DNA of 63,567 nt, the filler included, from an uncultured archaeon (GTDB lineage: Archaea; Nanobdellota; Nanobdellia; Woesearchaeales; CAIVOO01): the NCBI GenBank assembly GCA_903842985.1. It is 6 parts of 6 records of this genome, joined end to end, with 100 filler letters (N's around TTAATTAATTAA, not from the genome) between each part and the next. Parts side by side here need not be neighbours in the genome. Positions count along the whole stretch, not along the records: positions 1 to 29,446 come from CAIMOB010000013.1; positions 29,547 to 44,442 come from CAIMOB010000014.1; 4 more parts are not named here. One strand, given 5' to 3'. Below the pieces are notes generated by a model. The model saw only the letters and a program-made list of their open reading frames with translations. It was not told where the DNA came from and made no database searches. Positions 19,613 through 29,547 of this stretch are shown here, piece after piece. Made by a program: the position numbers and the translations under genes. Numbering within the stretch: the first letter of the stretch is position 1; every line of letters starts with the position of its first letter.

Positions 19613-20247
19613 TAATATTTTATTTCTGCCTTTGCCCTTAGCTGCTGTATGAATACCAAGAAAGACTGCTGTGCCTTTTGGAATTTAACAATATCTTTTA
19701 ATTCGACCTTTGAATTCTCATAGGTGTCATTTATCTGCTCCTTGTACATGTTATAAAACTGCAATGTTTCATCATCGCTGACAGTTACGCTGTTAAGGAC
19801 TGTCTCGTTCATCAGCTTGAACTGCAGAAGCTGTTCTGCATAAAGGTTTTTGATGAAATCGACTGTGACTCCCTGCTGCTGGAGAAGTTTCTCATAGCCC
19901 TGCATTGTAAGATTGTTCTGCGCAATAAATCTTTCAACCAAGGCGTCCACTTCCTGCTTAGAAACAGTTATGCCCCGTTTTGTGATTTCCTGACCCATTA
20001 TCATATTATTGATTGCAATTTCAGTAAGATTGTCTTTTGTCAGGAGCTGTCTCTGCTGCACCGGCACACTCATGTTCAATGTGTTCAAGTCAGCAAGTGT
20101 TATTGCCTGTCCGTTTACCGATGCAACTGCCCCTGTCTCCTTTGCCTTCTGTGAAAGGAATAGAACAAGAACTATGATGATGACTACTATGGCGATAAAA
20201 ACTGCCTCTATTGGAAATTTTTTATGTTTTTTTGCCATCCCAGCCAT
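19609..20247 (-). CDS. Membrane-anchored SurA/PrsA N-terminal chaperone-domain protein (no PPIase domain)
   Basis: N-terminal TM, VASVNGQAIT, GITVSKQEV, LRAKAEIKYY. Confidence 0.8.
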   Translation of the reverse strand: MAGMAKKHKKFPIEAVFIAIVVIIIVLVLFLSQKAKETGAVASVNGQAITLADLNTLNMSVPVQQRQLLTKDNLTEIAINNMIMGQEITKRGITVSKQEVDALVERFIAQNNLTMQGYEKLLQQQGVTVDFIKNLYAEQLLQFKLMNETVLNSVTVSDDETLQFYNMYKEQINDTYENSKVELKDIVKFQKAQQSFLVFIQQLRAKAEIKYY

Positions 20248-20343
20248 AAAAACAGCTAACTTATAAATAAATCTTTCGATGGGTTTATTACTATTTTAAA
20301 GTGTTAAAAAACATATTTATACGCTATATGGATTTTAAGGACT

Positions 20344-21660
20344 ATGACCTATGATATAATTATAGGAAGGGACGAGAGCGATAAAAAAAGGTTTGGTGAA
20401 AAAGGCACAATCTACCTTGGAAGGCAGTTTGTAAAGATGGGCCCGGTTACCTCCATTTCTAACAAAATACTTATGGACGTTGCAAGGTCGCACGTTGTTT
20501 TCATATGCGGCAAGAGAGGCTCTGGAAAGTCCTACACAATGGGGGTTATTGCAGAAGGCGTTGCTGACCTGCCCCCTGAGGTAAGAGATAACATAAGCAT
20601 AATACTTCTTGACACAATGGGCGTGTATTGGACAATGAAATACCCCAATCTAAAGGATGCTGTGCTCCTGGAAGAAGCTGGATTGAAGCCAAAAGGATTG
20701 AATGTTGTTATTTTCACGCCAACAGGATATTTTAAGGAGAACAGGGAAAAAGGAATACCCACTGATTTTCCATTCTCAATAAAGCCAGTTGATTTAGATG
20801 CTGATGACTGGCTGAAATGCTTTGCCATCAATGAAAACAGCGATGAAGGTGTTCTGCTTGAAAGAACAATACACAAGATGAAGAAAGAAAGAAAATCATT
20901 TTCATTAAATGATATCGTTGAAGAAGTTCAGGCAGACACGAGATCTGAGCAGAAAATAAGGGATATTGTTGAAAACCATTTCCTTGGAGCTGACACCTGG
21001 GGTCTTTTTGATGAAAAAGGAACAGAGATGACTGACTTGGCAAAGGGCGGACAGGTTGCTGTTCTTGACTTAAGCGTCTATGCAACAATGCCCGGCGGCT
21101 GGGGAATCAAGGCGCTTGCGCTCGGGTTGATTGCAAAAAAACTTTTCATAGAAAGAATGATTGCGAGAAAATTTGAAGAGTACCAGACAGTTCATGAAGC
21201 TACCCATTATTTCAGCGAAGAGCAGAAGGAAAAGCTTGAGATGCCGCTTGTCTGGCTTGTTGTTGACGAGGCGCACGAGTTCCTGCCTTTTGAAGGCTCA
21301 ACAGCTGCCTCAAGCGCGCTTATAACAATCCTAAGGGAAGGGAGGCAGCCCGGAATTTCACTGATACTTGCCACCCAGCAGCCCGGGAAGATACACAGCG
21401 ACGTGATGACGCAGTCTGACACAGTCATAGCGCACAGGATAACTGCAAAGATTGATGTTGATGCACTGGGTGCATTGATGCAGAGCTACATGAGGGAGGG
21501 GCTTGTGAAGCAGCTTGATGACATGCCAAGAATGAGCGGAGCTGCTGTAATATTTGATGATTCAAACGAGAGGATGTTCCCGATGAGGATAAGGCCGAGG
21601 CTTACCTGGCACGGCGGTTCTGCGCCGTTTGCTATGAAGGAAGAAAAGAAAGAGATTTAA
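20344..21660 (+). CDS. HerA/FtsK-superfamily ATPase (DUF87)
   Basis: HVVFICGKRGSGKS, LVVDEAHEF, REGRQPG, LATQQP. Confidence 0.85.
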   Translation: MTYDIIIGRDESDKKRFGEKGTIYLGRQFVKMGPVTSISNKILMDVARSHVVFICGKRGSGKSYTMGVIAEGVADLPPEVRDNISIILLDTMGVYWTMKYPNLKDAVLLEEAGLKPKGLNVVIFTPTGYFKENREKGIPTDFPFSIKPVDLDADDWLKCFAINENSDEGVLLERTIHKMKKERKSFSLNDIVEEVQADTRSEQKIRDIVENHFLGADTWGLFDEKGTEMTDLAKGGQVAVLDLSVYATMPGGWGIKALALGLIAKKLFIERMIARKFEEYQTVHEATHYFSEEQKEKLEMPLVWLVVDEAHEFLPFEGSTAASSALITILREGRQPGISLILATQQPGKIHSDVMTQSDTVIAHRITAKIDVDALGALMQSYMREGLVKQLDDMPRMSGAAVIFDDSNERMFPMRIRPRLTWHGGSAPFAMKEEKKEI

Positions 21661-21683
21661 ATGGATATTGATTTAATTCTGGC

Positions 21684-22787
21684 ATGAAAGAGGAAATAAC
21701 TGCATTTGAATTGAAGTTTTTAGTTGAAGAATTCCAGCAATTAGTAGGCGCAAGAATAGACAATATCTACCACATCATGCCAAAGGAGATTATTCTGCAG
21801 CTTCATATCCCGAATATCGGTAAAAAAATCCTGAGGATTATGCCCCATCTGATTTACATTGCATCGCAGAAGCCTGAAGCTCCTGAAAAGCCGTCAAATT
21901 TCTGCGTCTATCTCCGCAAATACATTGGCGGGGCAAAGCTAAGGGAGATAAGGCAGAGAGGGTTTGAGAGGATTGTTGAGATTATTTTTGAGATAAAAGA
22001 GAAGAAATATATTTTGATAGCAGAGCTTTTTGACAAGTGCAATGTGATTCTCTGCGATGGAGATGGGATGATTCTGAGACCACTAGAAGTGCAGGCCTGG
22101 AAGGAAAGGGAGATAAAGCCAAAAGAAGTGTACAAGGGCCCGAAAATAAAATTTGATTTTTCAAATATAAACGAAGGTGTTTTGAAGGAAGCGCTGGGAA
22201 AAAGGGAATTGGTCAAGGCGCTGGCAGCTGATTTGGGCCTTGGAGGGGTTTATGCTGAAGAGGTTTGCATGGTTTCAGGCATTGACAAGAACAAAAAGGA
22301 GATTAGCGGAGCTGAATTAAAAAAAATATTTGAAGCAATTAAAAAATTAAAGACAAAGAATAAGTCTGCAAGAATTGTCTACAAAAATAAGGAAATTTGC
22401 GACATAGTTCCGGTTGAACTGCTGAAATACAAGGATTTTGAGAAAAAGGAGTTTGAAAACTATAACTCTGCCTTCGACGAAGCGCTGACTGAAAAATCAT
22501 TTGAAAGAAAAGAAGTGAAGACAAAGCAGAATAAACAGATAGAGAAGATTGAAACCATAATCAATGCCCAGGAAAAAAGGCTTATTACGTTGGAGGAAGA
22601 GACAGAAGAGAACAAGAAAAAGGCAGAAGCGATTTATGAAAAATATTCAACTGTGAACGAGATAATGACTGAGATAAAAAAGGCAAGGGAAAAATATTCC
22701 TGGGACGAGATAAAGAAGAGACTGAAGGGGCATGGCGTTGTGAAGGAGATAAATGAGAAGACCGGAGAGATTGTTGTTGAAATTTAA
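21684..22787 (+). CDS. NFACT-N/Rqc2 (RqcH) N-terminal-domain protein, short form
   Basis: GARIDNIY, FCVYLRKYI, FERIVEI, LIAELF, LGLGGVYAEEVC, coiled coil; no C-terminal NFACT-R region. Confidence 0.85.
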   Translation: MKEEITAFELKFLVEEFQQLVGARIDNIYHIMPKEIILQLHIPNIGKKILRIMPHLIYIASQKPEAPEKPSNFCVYLRKYIGGAKLREIRQRGFERIVEIIFEIKEKKYILIAELFDKCNVILCDGDGMILRPLEVQAWKEREIKPKEVYKGPKIKFDFSNINEGVLKEALGKRELVKALAADLGLGGVYAEEVCMVSGIDKNKKEISGAELKKIFEAIKKLKTKNKSARIVYKNKEICDIVPVELLKYKDFEKKEFENYNSAFDEALTEKSFERKEVKTKQNKQIEKIETIINAQEKRLITLEEETEENKKKAEAIYEKYSTVNEIMTEIKKAREKYSWDEIKKRLKGHGVVKEINEKTGEIVVEI

Positions 22788-22789
22788 AA

Positions 22790-23539
22790 TTATTTTATCT
22801 TTGGGATTGTGCTGATTAATAAATCTGTAACTTTTGCCACATTTTTATCAAATATTTCTGAGATAGCGTCCCAGGTTACTGGCTCTTCATCATCCTTCCA
22901 GCAGTCATAATCAGTGCTCATTGCAATTGCTGCATAAGGAATTCCTGCCTCATTTGCAAGGGTGGCTTCGGGAGCTATGCTCATGTTAATGACATCTGCG
23001 CCCCAAATCCTGAACATATTTGATTCGGCTTTTGTTGAGAATCTTGGGCCTTCGATTGTGACAACTGTTCCTGTTTCATGGCAGAATATTTTAAGTTCGT
23101 TGCAAGTTTTAATAAGCAAATCTCTTAGGTATCTTGAAAACGGCTCTGCCATTGGCGTGTGCTGGGGCTTGTGAGGCTTGAATTCATCATGAAATGTTAC
23201 TGCCCTGTGCCTTGTGAAGTCAATAAACTGGTCCAGAATAACTATGTGTCCCCTGTCAATCTCCTCTCTTAAGCTTCCTACTGCTGTTGTTGCAAGTATG
23301 TGCGTGCATCCCTGTTGTTTCAGGGCGTGAATATTTGCCCTGAAATTAACCTGTGTTGGCGGGATTGTATGCTCTCTCCCGTGCCTTGACAACAAAACAA
23401 CTTCGGTGCCTTTGATTTTTCCTGTCTTTAATGAAGAAGAGGGTTTTCCATAGGGAGTATTAACTTCTATATATTTCGCATTCTCTAAAATTTCAGGATC
23501 ATCCAAACCAGATCCGCCGATTATGCCTATTTTTACCAT
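22790..23539 (-). CDS. mtnP: S-methyl-5'-thioadenosine phosphorylase
   Basis: GIIGGSG, LSRHG, AVGSL, EGPRFSTKAES, TDYDCW. Confidence 0.95.
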   Translation of the reverse strand: MVKIGIIGGSGLDDPEILENAKYIEVNTPYGKPSSSLKTGKIKGTEVVLLSRHGREHTIPPTQVNFRANIHALKQQGCTHILATTAVGSLREEIDRGHIVILDQFIDFTRHRAVTFHDEFKPHKPQHTPMAEPFSRYLRDLLIKTCNELKIFCHETGTVVTIEGPRFSTKAESNMFRIWGADVINMSIAPEATLANEAGIPYAAIAMSTDYDCWKDDEEPVTWDAISEIFDKNVAKVTDLLISTIPKIK

Positions 23540-23630
23540 TTCCAACCCCACAATACAAAAACAATCAAAATTGTTTATATATTTTGCCTTTTTGTTTTAA
23601 ACAATATATTTTTAAATATAACAAGAAATA

Positions 23631-24512
23631 ATGTACTATATGAACCAGTTTTTAAAAAGGTACAATGAAATTTTGGGCGATGTAAGAGGGTTAAAGGAAA
23701 TCAGACTTCCTGAGACAATCAGAGTAAATACATTAAGGATTTCTGAGAACGAGTTTGTTGAGAGATTCAGCAAGAAAGCTTCACTGGAGAAGATAAAATT
23801 CGCTGACTTTGGCTACAAAGTCAAATCAAATTTCTCAATAGGCTCAACACCCGAATATCTGCAGGGCTTTTATTACATTCAGGAGGCTGCTGCACAGCTG
23901 CCTGTACAGGTCTTGGAGCCTGGAAACGAGCTTGTGCTTGAAATAGGCGCTGCACCAGGCGGAAAGACAACGCAACTGGCGCAATATATGAAAAATAAAG
24001 GAAAGATTGTTGCAATTGATATTGATGATAAAAGATTGGGGGCTTTAAGGAACAATCTGGAGAGATGCGGCGTTAAAAACTGCATCATTTACAAAAAAGA
24101 CGGGAGGTTTGTTGCTGATTTTGGACTGAAGTTTGACAAAATTTTGTTGGACGCTCCGTGCTCGGGTAATTTCATAACAGATAATAAATGGTTTGACAAG
24201 AGAACGCTTAAAGGAATAGAGGAAAGAAGCGTAATGCAGAAGGCGCTGCTTGCAAGCGCATTGTCTGTATTGAAAAAAGACGGCGTTTTGGTTTACTCAA
24301 CCTGCTCGCTGGAGCCTGAAGAGAATGAGTTTGTGGTTGACTGGGCTTTGAAAAGCTTCAAGATAAAATTAGAAGAGGTTAATACAATCGGCGATCCGGG
24401 AATAACATTCTTAAAAAGAAAGCTAGATGGCCAGATTAAAAAATGCAGAAGATTATGGCCGCATAAAACAGGCACGCAGGGATTCTTTATTGCGAAGATT
24501 AGAAAAATATGA
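23631..24512 (+). CDS. RsmB/NOP2/Sun-family RNA m5C methyltransferase
   Basis: AAPGGKT, LLDAPCSG, VYSTCS..PEENE. Confidence 0.93.
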   Translation: MYYMNQFLKRYNEILGDVRGLKEIRLPETIRVNTLRISENEFVERFSKKASLEKIKFADFGYKVKSNFSIGSTPEYLQGFYYIQEAAAQLPVQVLEPGNELVLEIGAAPGGKTTQLAQYMKNKGKIVAIDIDDKRLGALRNNLERCGVKNCIIYKKDGRFVADFGLKFDKILLDAPCSGNFITDNKWFDKRTLKGIEERSVMQKALLASALSVLKKDGVLVYSTCSLEPEENEFVVDWALKSFKIKLEEVNTIGDPGITFLKRKLDGQIKKCRRLWPHKTGTQGFFIAKIRKI

Positions 24513-24539
24513 TTTAGAATAATTAAAATATTATCAAAA

Positions 24540-25974
24540 CTAATCTACGAATTCTATGTGTGATAAAGTCTGATTTCTTCCTTTAATAAGCATACTAATC
24601 GCCTTTCTGGTTATTTTATAAATGTGTAATGGTAAGTGGTATGCATCATATTTCAAGATTAAATTTAATGTACTAAATCCATTTTGAAGGTAACTTTTCT
24701 TAGGATCAAAAGGATATGCTTTTTCTTTTATTGTAATTATGTTGAATGCTTTTTCTCTTTCTTCTTTTGTGAATTCAGGAGTTTCGAATCCTATCTCAAG
24801 AACTGAAGACTGATTCTTATAATCTCTTATTATTTTGCCATGTTTTTTTACCCAGTCATGAGCTCTTGTTCTTGGAATGGGCATTAAATTTTGCCACGAA
24901 TTAAAATCAAATCCAATTTCCTTACTTAGTTTGTACGATTTCATTACACCTTCAAAAGTATCATTTGGAAGACCGATAATGAAAAAAGAATATGTTTTGA
25001 CTCCATATTTTTTGAATAATTTTACTGCTGTTTTTATGTCATCGATACTTTCTCCTTTATCAACTTCTTTAAATATTTCTGGAACGAGACTCTCGACACC
25101 TATCTGTACTCTTTCACAACCAGAGAGTTTCATTTTTTTTACAAGCCTTTCAGTTATTTTGTCAGCCCTGGCCATGCAAGTCCATTTTAGATTGAGTTTT
25201 TCATTTGTTAATAGATCACAGAATTTTTCTGCTCTTGCTATATCTAGTGTAAAATTATCATCACATACTACAAAAGAGTCGCAATCAAACTTTTTAATAA
25301 CACTTTTTAATTCTTCTATTAATAAATCAGGTTTTCTTCCTCTCCAAGAATGTTTAGATAATACTTGGGAATAACAGAAACAGCAATTATAAGGGCATCC
25401 CCTAGATGTAATGAGAGGGTACTGATTCTTTCCTTCAAAATTAAATCTTTTTACACCGAGCGTTTCATAATCTGCAAAAGGAAGAGAATCGAGATCTTTT
25501 ATCAAAGGTCTATCTCCTGTATTTATTATTTTTTTTTCCTTTTTTGAATATTATCCCCTTCACTTCCTCAAATTTTATATTATGTTCGAGTGCTTTTATT
25601 ATTTCAAGTATGGTTTCTTCACCTTCTCCAATTACAACCACATCTATGTTTTTATTGTCCTTCAAAAGCTGTTCTTGTTCAATAAATGTCTGTGCTCCAC
25701 CCACAACAACAGTACAATCATGATATTTTTTAACAACATTAATCAATTTCATGCATGTATAATATGACAGGGAAAGCAGGGTGAATCCAACAATATCTGG
25801 CTTGAAATCATCAAGGGTCTTCTTCAATATCTTTTCTTGATTCTCTGTATATCTGTTGTTGAAATCTAGGACTTTTACTTCATGAGATTCTTTTTTAAGA
25901 ACAGCTGCCAAAAAAGCAAATCCTATATTTAACCCCTTTACACGCCCGGGCGGATCGATAAAAAGTATTTTCAT
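24540..25974 (-). CDS. B12-binding radical SAM protein, split by a frameshift at an A9 run (25529-25537)
   Basis: Cobalamin-binding N-part (IDPP, VVVGG, IGEGE) and radical SAM C-part (TSRGCPYNCCFC, DDNF, IGVES) fuse as GKKIINTGDRPLIKDLD if one A is removed. Confidence 0.85.
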
Positions 25975-26016
25975 TTTTAAATCAGATTTATCTTGCTTTT
26001 AATAATCTTTGTTATT

Positions 26017-26619
26017 TTATATTTTTCTAAGCTTGATTATAATTATATCACCAAAAAATCTATTTTTTATTGGGATATTTATGTGCAATAGTGGAATGAT
26101 GCTTCTATTATATTTTATTTTTTCAACCACGAATTTATTTTCAATCAGTAATTTAAGTTTCCAGGAAAATATTGGCTCTATATGACCTGTTATTTTATAA
26201 TTTTTTTCGTTTTGAAAATGAGCGAGTTTAGTTGTTAAAAAATAAAGAATTCTAGAATACCAATTTTCAACATTGGGGGTTGTTAATATAAGCGTTCCGT
26301 TTTTCTTAAGGACTCTATAAATTTCACATATTAGATTCCAAGGATTTTCAGTATGTTTTATTACTTCAGTACAAGTTACAATATCAAAGCTTTTATCTAA
26401 ATGTGGAAACTTTAAGTTGGCGTCAATTTTATCGCAAACGACACCTTTTAATTTAAACTGTTTGGGGTTGATATCACAAGCCCTAATTTCAAATCCTTTA
26501 TTTATTAATGAAAAAGCAAGCGCTCCTTCTCCAGCTCCAACATCTAATAACTTTCCTTTTCTATTTTTAAGTAACTCTAAAACAGTTTCATGAACATTTG
26601 GAGCAGTTTTTGCTTTCAT
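26017..26619 (-). CDS. Class I SAM-dependent methyltransferase
   Basis: LLDVGAGEG, FDIVTCTEVI, LKKNGTLILTTPN. Confidence 0.88.
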   Translation of the reverse strand: MKAKTAPNVHETVLELLKNRKGKLLDVGAGEGALAFSLINKGFEIRACDINPKQFKLKGVVCDKIDANLKFPHLDKSFDIVTCTEVIKHTENPWNLICEIYRVLKKNGTLILTTPNVENWYSRILYFLTTKLAHFQNEKNYKITGHIEPIFSWKLKLLIENKFVVEKIKYNRSIIPLLHINIPIKNRFFGDIIIIKLRKI

Positions 26620-26644
26620 TTTGACTCTTAGAACAAAAATGAAG

Positions 26645-26756
26645 CGGACAGCGAATCCCTGTTCCCGCGTAACGCAGTACTTAGGGAAACGTGGGCCTGC
26701 TTAACTTCCGAGTTCGGAATGAGATCGGGTGTTGCCAGGCCGCTATGACCGTCCTG
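26645..26756 (-). rRNA. rrf: 5S rRNA, standalone
   Basis: GGACGGTCATAGCGG...ACACCCGATCTCATTCCGAACTCGGAAGTTAAG...AGTACT...GCTGTCC; upstream TTTATAAA. Ends are approximate. Confidence 0.92.
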
Positions 26757-26866
26757 TTGTATGAAAAATTGGGGTTGTTTATAAAGGTTTTGAATGATTA
26801 TTTTCAATATTAAAAGTAATTATTAAAAAATAAATATTTAAAAGACATACAATATTTTAGTTTAAA

Positions 26867-27583
26867 ATGTGGAACAAAAAGAAGGTTAGTGTTGTTTTTC
26901 CTGCATATAATGAAGAAAAATACATTAAAACTGCAATAGAGGACTTCTTTTCAACAGGCGTTGTTGATGAGATAATCGCTGTCGACAACAAATCAAAAGA
27001 TAATACTGCAAGAGAGATAAAGAAAACAAAAGCAGTTTATGTCCTGGAAAAAACGCAAGGATATGGTGCAGCGCTTCAGAGAGGATTAAAAGAGACTACT
27101 GGCAACATAATAATAATGGCTGAGCCAGACGGCACATTTTTAGGAAAAGATGTATTTAAACTGCTTGATTACTGCGATGATTTTGATGTTGTGCTTGGCA
27201 CAAGAACTTCAAAATCTCTTATTTGGGAAAATGCGAAAATGAACTGGTTCCTGAGGATCGGAAATGTGGTGGTTGCAAAATTATTAGAATATTTGCATAA
27301 CGGGCCTTGTTTAACTGATGTAGGCTGCACAATGAAGCTTATTAAAAAAAATGCCTTGAAAAAAATAATTGAGAAATTCACAGTAAACGGTTCAAGCTTC
27401 TCTCCAGAATTCATGATTCTGTGCTTAAAAAATAAATTGGAAACTGTTGAAATTCCTGTCAACTATGCGCAAAGGGTTGGTGAATCGAAAATAACAAGCA
27501 ATTTTTGGAAATCATTCAAGCTTGGCATTGTGATGATTAACCTAATAATTGGGTATAAATTAGGATATAAAGGAAAAAAATGA
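26867..27583 (+). CDS. GT2 glycosyltransferase (DPM1-like)
   Basis: VVFPAYNEE, VDNKSKD, GYGAAL, VLGTR, RVGESK. Confidence 0.92.
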   Translation: MWNKKKVSVVFPAYNEEKYIKTAIEDFFSTGVVDEIIAVDNKSKDNTAREIKKTKAVYVLEKTQGYGAALQRGLKETTGNIIIMAEPDGTFLGKDVFKLLDYCDDFDVVLGTRTSKSLIWENAKMNWFLRIGNVVVAKLLEYLHNGPCLTDVGCTMKLIKKNALKKIIEKFTVNGSSFSPEFMILCLKNKLETVEIPVNYAQRVGESKITSNFWKSFKLGIVMINLIIGYKLGYKGKK

Positions 27584-28236
27584 AAAAAATTTCTGTATAT
27601 GACATCTTAAAACTATATGATTCGCCAATTGCAAAGATATATCTTTTTCTAAGGAATTTGCTTCTTCCACATCATTCTATTGAAAAATTCATACCAAAAA
27701 AAGGTGTTTTTTATGATGTTGGCTGCGGATTCGGCTCCTATTCAATTTTCTTTGCACTTTCCTCAAAGAAAAGAAAACTGATTGGTCTCGAATTAAACAA
27801 TAAAAGAGTAGCTGCTGCGAGAAATGCCAGCAAAAACATCTTGAATGTCGATTTCAAGCACAGGGATCTAAGAAAAAACGCAGAACTTAAAAAGGCAGAT
27901 GGGATTATTTTAATTGATCTGCTTCATCACGTTCCTTATGAGACACAAATATCAATTTTTAACGAATGCAAAAAACATCTTAAAAATAATGGAGTTATAA
28001 TAGTCAAAGAAATTGCAAAAAAACCATTATGGAAATATTTGTATAACTATGTTCAGGACAAGGTAATGACGCTAAATGACCATTTATTTTTTAGAACGCC
28101 TGAAGAGTATAAAACAATATTGGTAAGAACTGGATTTAAAATTGTTGAGGAACCAAAAATGCTCAAAACCTGGCCATTAAATCCCATACCGCACTATATA
28201 ATGATGGCAAAAAATGAAAAAAATAATCAAAGATAA
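27580..28236 (+). CDS. Class I SAM-dependent methyltransferase
   Basis: YDVGCGFG, IDLLHH, LKNNGVIIVKE. Confidence 0.88.
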   Translation: MKKISVYDILKLYDSPIAKIYLFLRNLLLPHHSIEKFIPKKGVFYDVGCGFGSYSIFFALSSKKRKLIGLELNNKRVAAARNASKNILNVDFKHRDLRKNAELKKADGIILIDLLHHVPYETQISIFNECKKHLKNNGVIIVKEIAKKPLWKYLYNYVQDKVMTLNDHLFFRTPEEYKTILVRTGFKIVEEPKMLKTWPLNPIPHYIMMAKNEKNNQR

Positions 28237-29446
28237 TCTGATTTTAATTATAATCATTTCTTTTGCATTATTCATAAGAATTTTATCTTTGAAAAATATA
28301 TTTGTTGCGGACGAATCTTTTTTTTATTCTACCATATCTAACAAATTATTTTGGTGGCATCCTCCGGCATATTTTTTATTGCAAAAATTGTTCATTGTAC
28401 CAAATGTTTTTTGGACTGCCCGATTGGTTCCTTTGATTTTTGGCATTATAAATATTATCTTGGTTTATATTATTTCAATAAATGTATTTGACAAAAAAAC
28501 AGCAATTTTTTCGAGCCTGCTGATGGCTTTCAGTTTTTGGCCTGTTCTCGCATCTTCAATGATCGATATAAACGGCTCTTTGGTTATGTTTGAATATTTG
28601 CTGACTTTTATCATGTTCACAAATTATTTGAAGACTAACAAAAACAAGTTCTTAATTTTAACGGGTGTGCTCATTGGGATTAGTTCCATTACAAAATACA
28701 TGGATACATTAATTTTAATTGCTATTCTGGGCCTAATCCATCTTTATGAAAAGAAAAATATTAAAAAATCAGTAAAATTTGGGATAACAATCGTTTTAAT
28801 CGGTGGGATTATCTATTCATTATTCCCTTTGCTTTCATACTTGCTTGGCTACTGGCCGCATTTTATCTCAACATTAGAAAATACCTCTTTAGCAAGCAGG
28901 GGGTTCACACTGCGACCGTTTATTTATCTTATATTCTGGGCAACGCCAATGCTGGGTGGATTATTTTTGCTGTCTTTGTTAAAGTTTGAGAAGAAAAAAA
29001 TATACTTTGTAATCTGGACAGCTGCTGTGTTTTTACTATATTTTTTTATTGTTGGCGCAAGCAGGCTTCCATACGAACGTTATCTTATGACAATGATACC
29101 TGCGCTTTGTATCCTTGGTGGAAATTACCTCTCAAAATTTAATTTTAAGGCAAAGCAGACAGTCATTGGGATAGCATCATTTGTGGCATTTTGTATTATT
29201 CTTTTATATTTGAATTTAAGAACAAAAACATTTATACCTCACTCTTTATCTGCTTACTTGAGTGCTGTAAAAAACTTAAAATTTAACTTTATGTATCCAT
29301 ATGTAGGAAGCAGCGGTCCTTCGTTCTGGATATCATTTGATTCAATGATTTTGATTGTTAGCTTAAGTTGTTTATTCCTGCTTTTGTATTTGTTTTATGA
29401 CAAATATCTGAAAAATAAGAAAGTATCCTCATTATTTTTTATATTA
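28214..29446 (+). CDS. GT-C (ArnT/PMT-like) membrane glycosyltransferase, 3'-partial
   Basis: ADE, HPP, ARL, TK and ERY motifs; many TM helices; ends at a gap. Confidence 0.85.
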
Positions 29447-29546
29447 NNNNNNNNNNNNNNNNNNNNNNNNNNNNNNNNNNNNNNNNNNNNTTAATTAATT
29501 AANNNNNNNNNNNNNNNNNNNNNNNNNNNNNNNNNNNNNNNNNNNN
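29447..29546. other. Artificial contig spacer (N-TTAATTAATTAA-N)
   Basis: 100-nt linker with stops in all six frames. Confidence 0.97.
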
Positions 29547-29547
29547 A

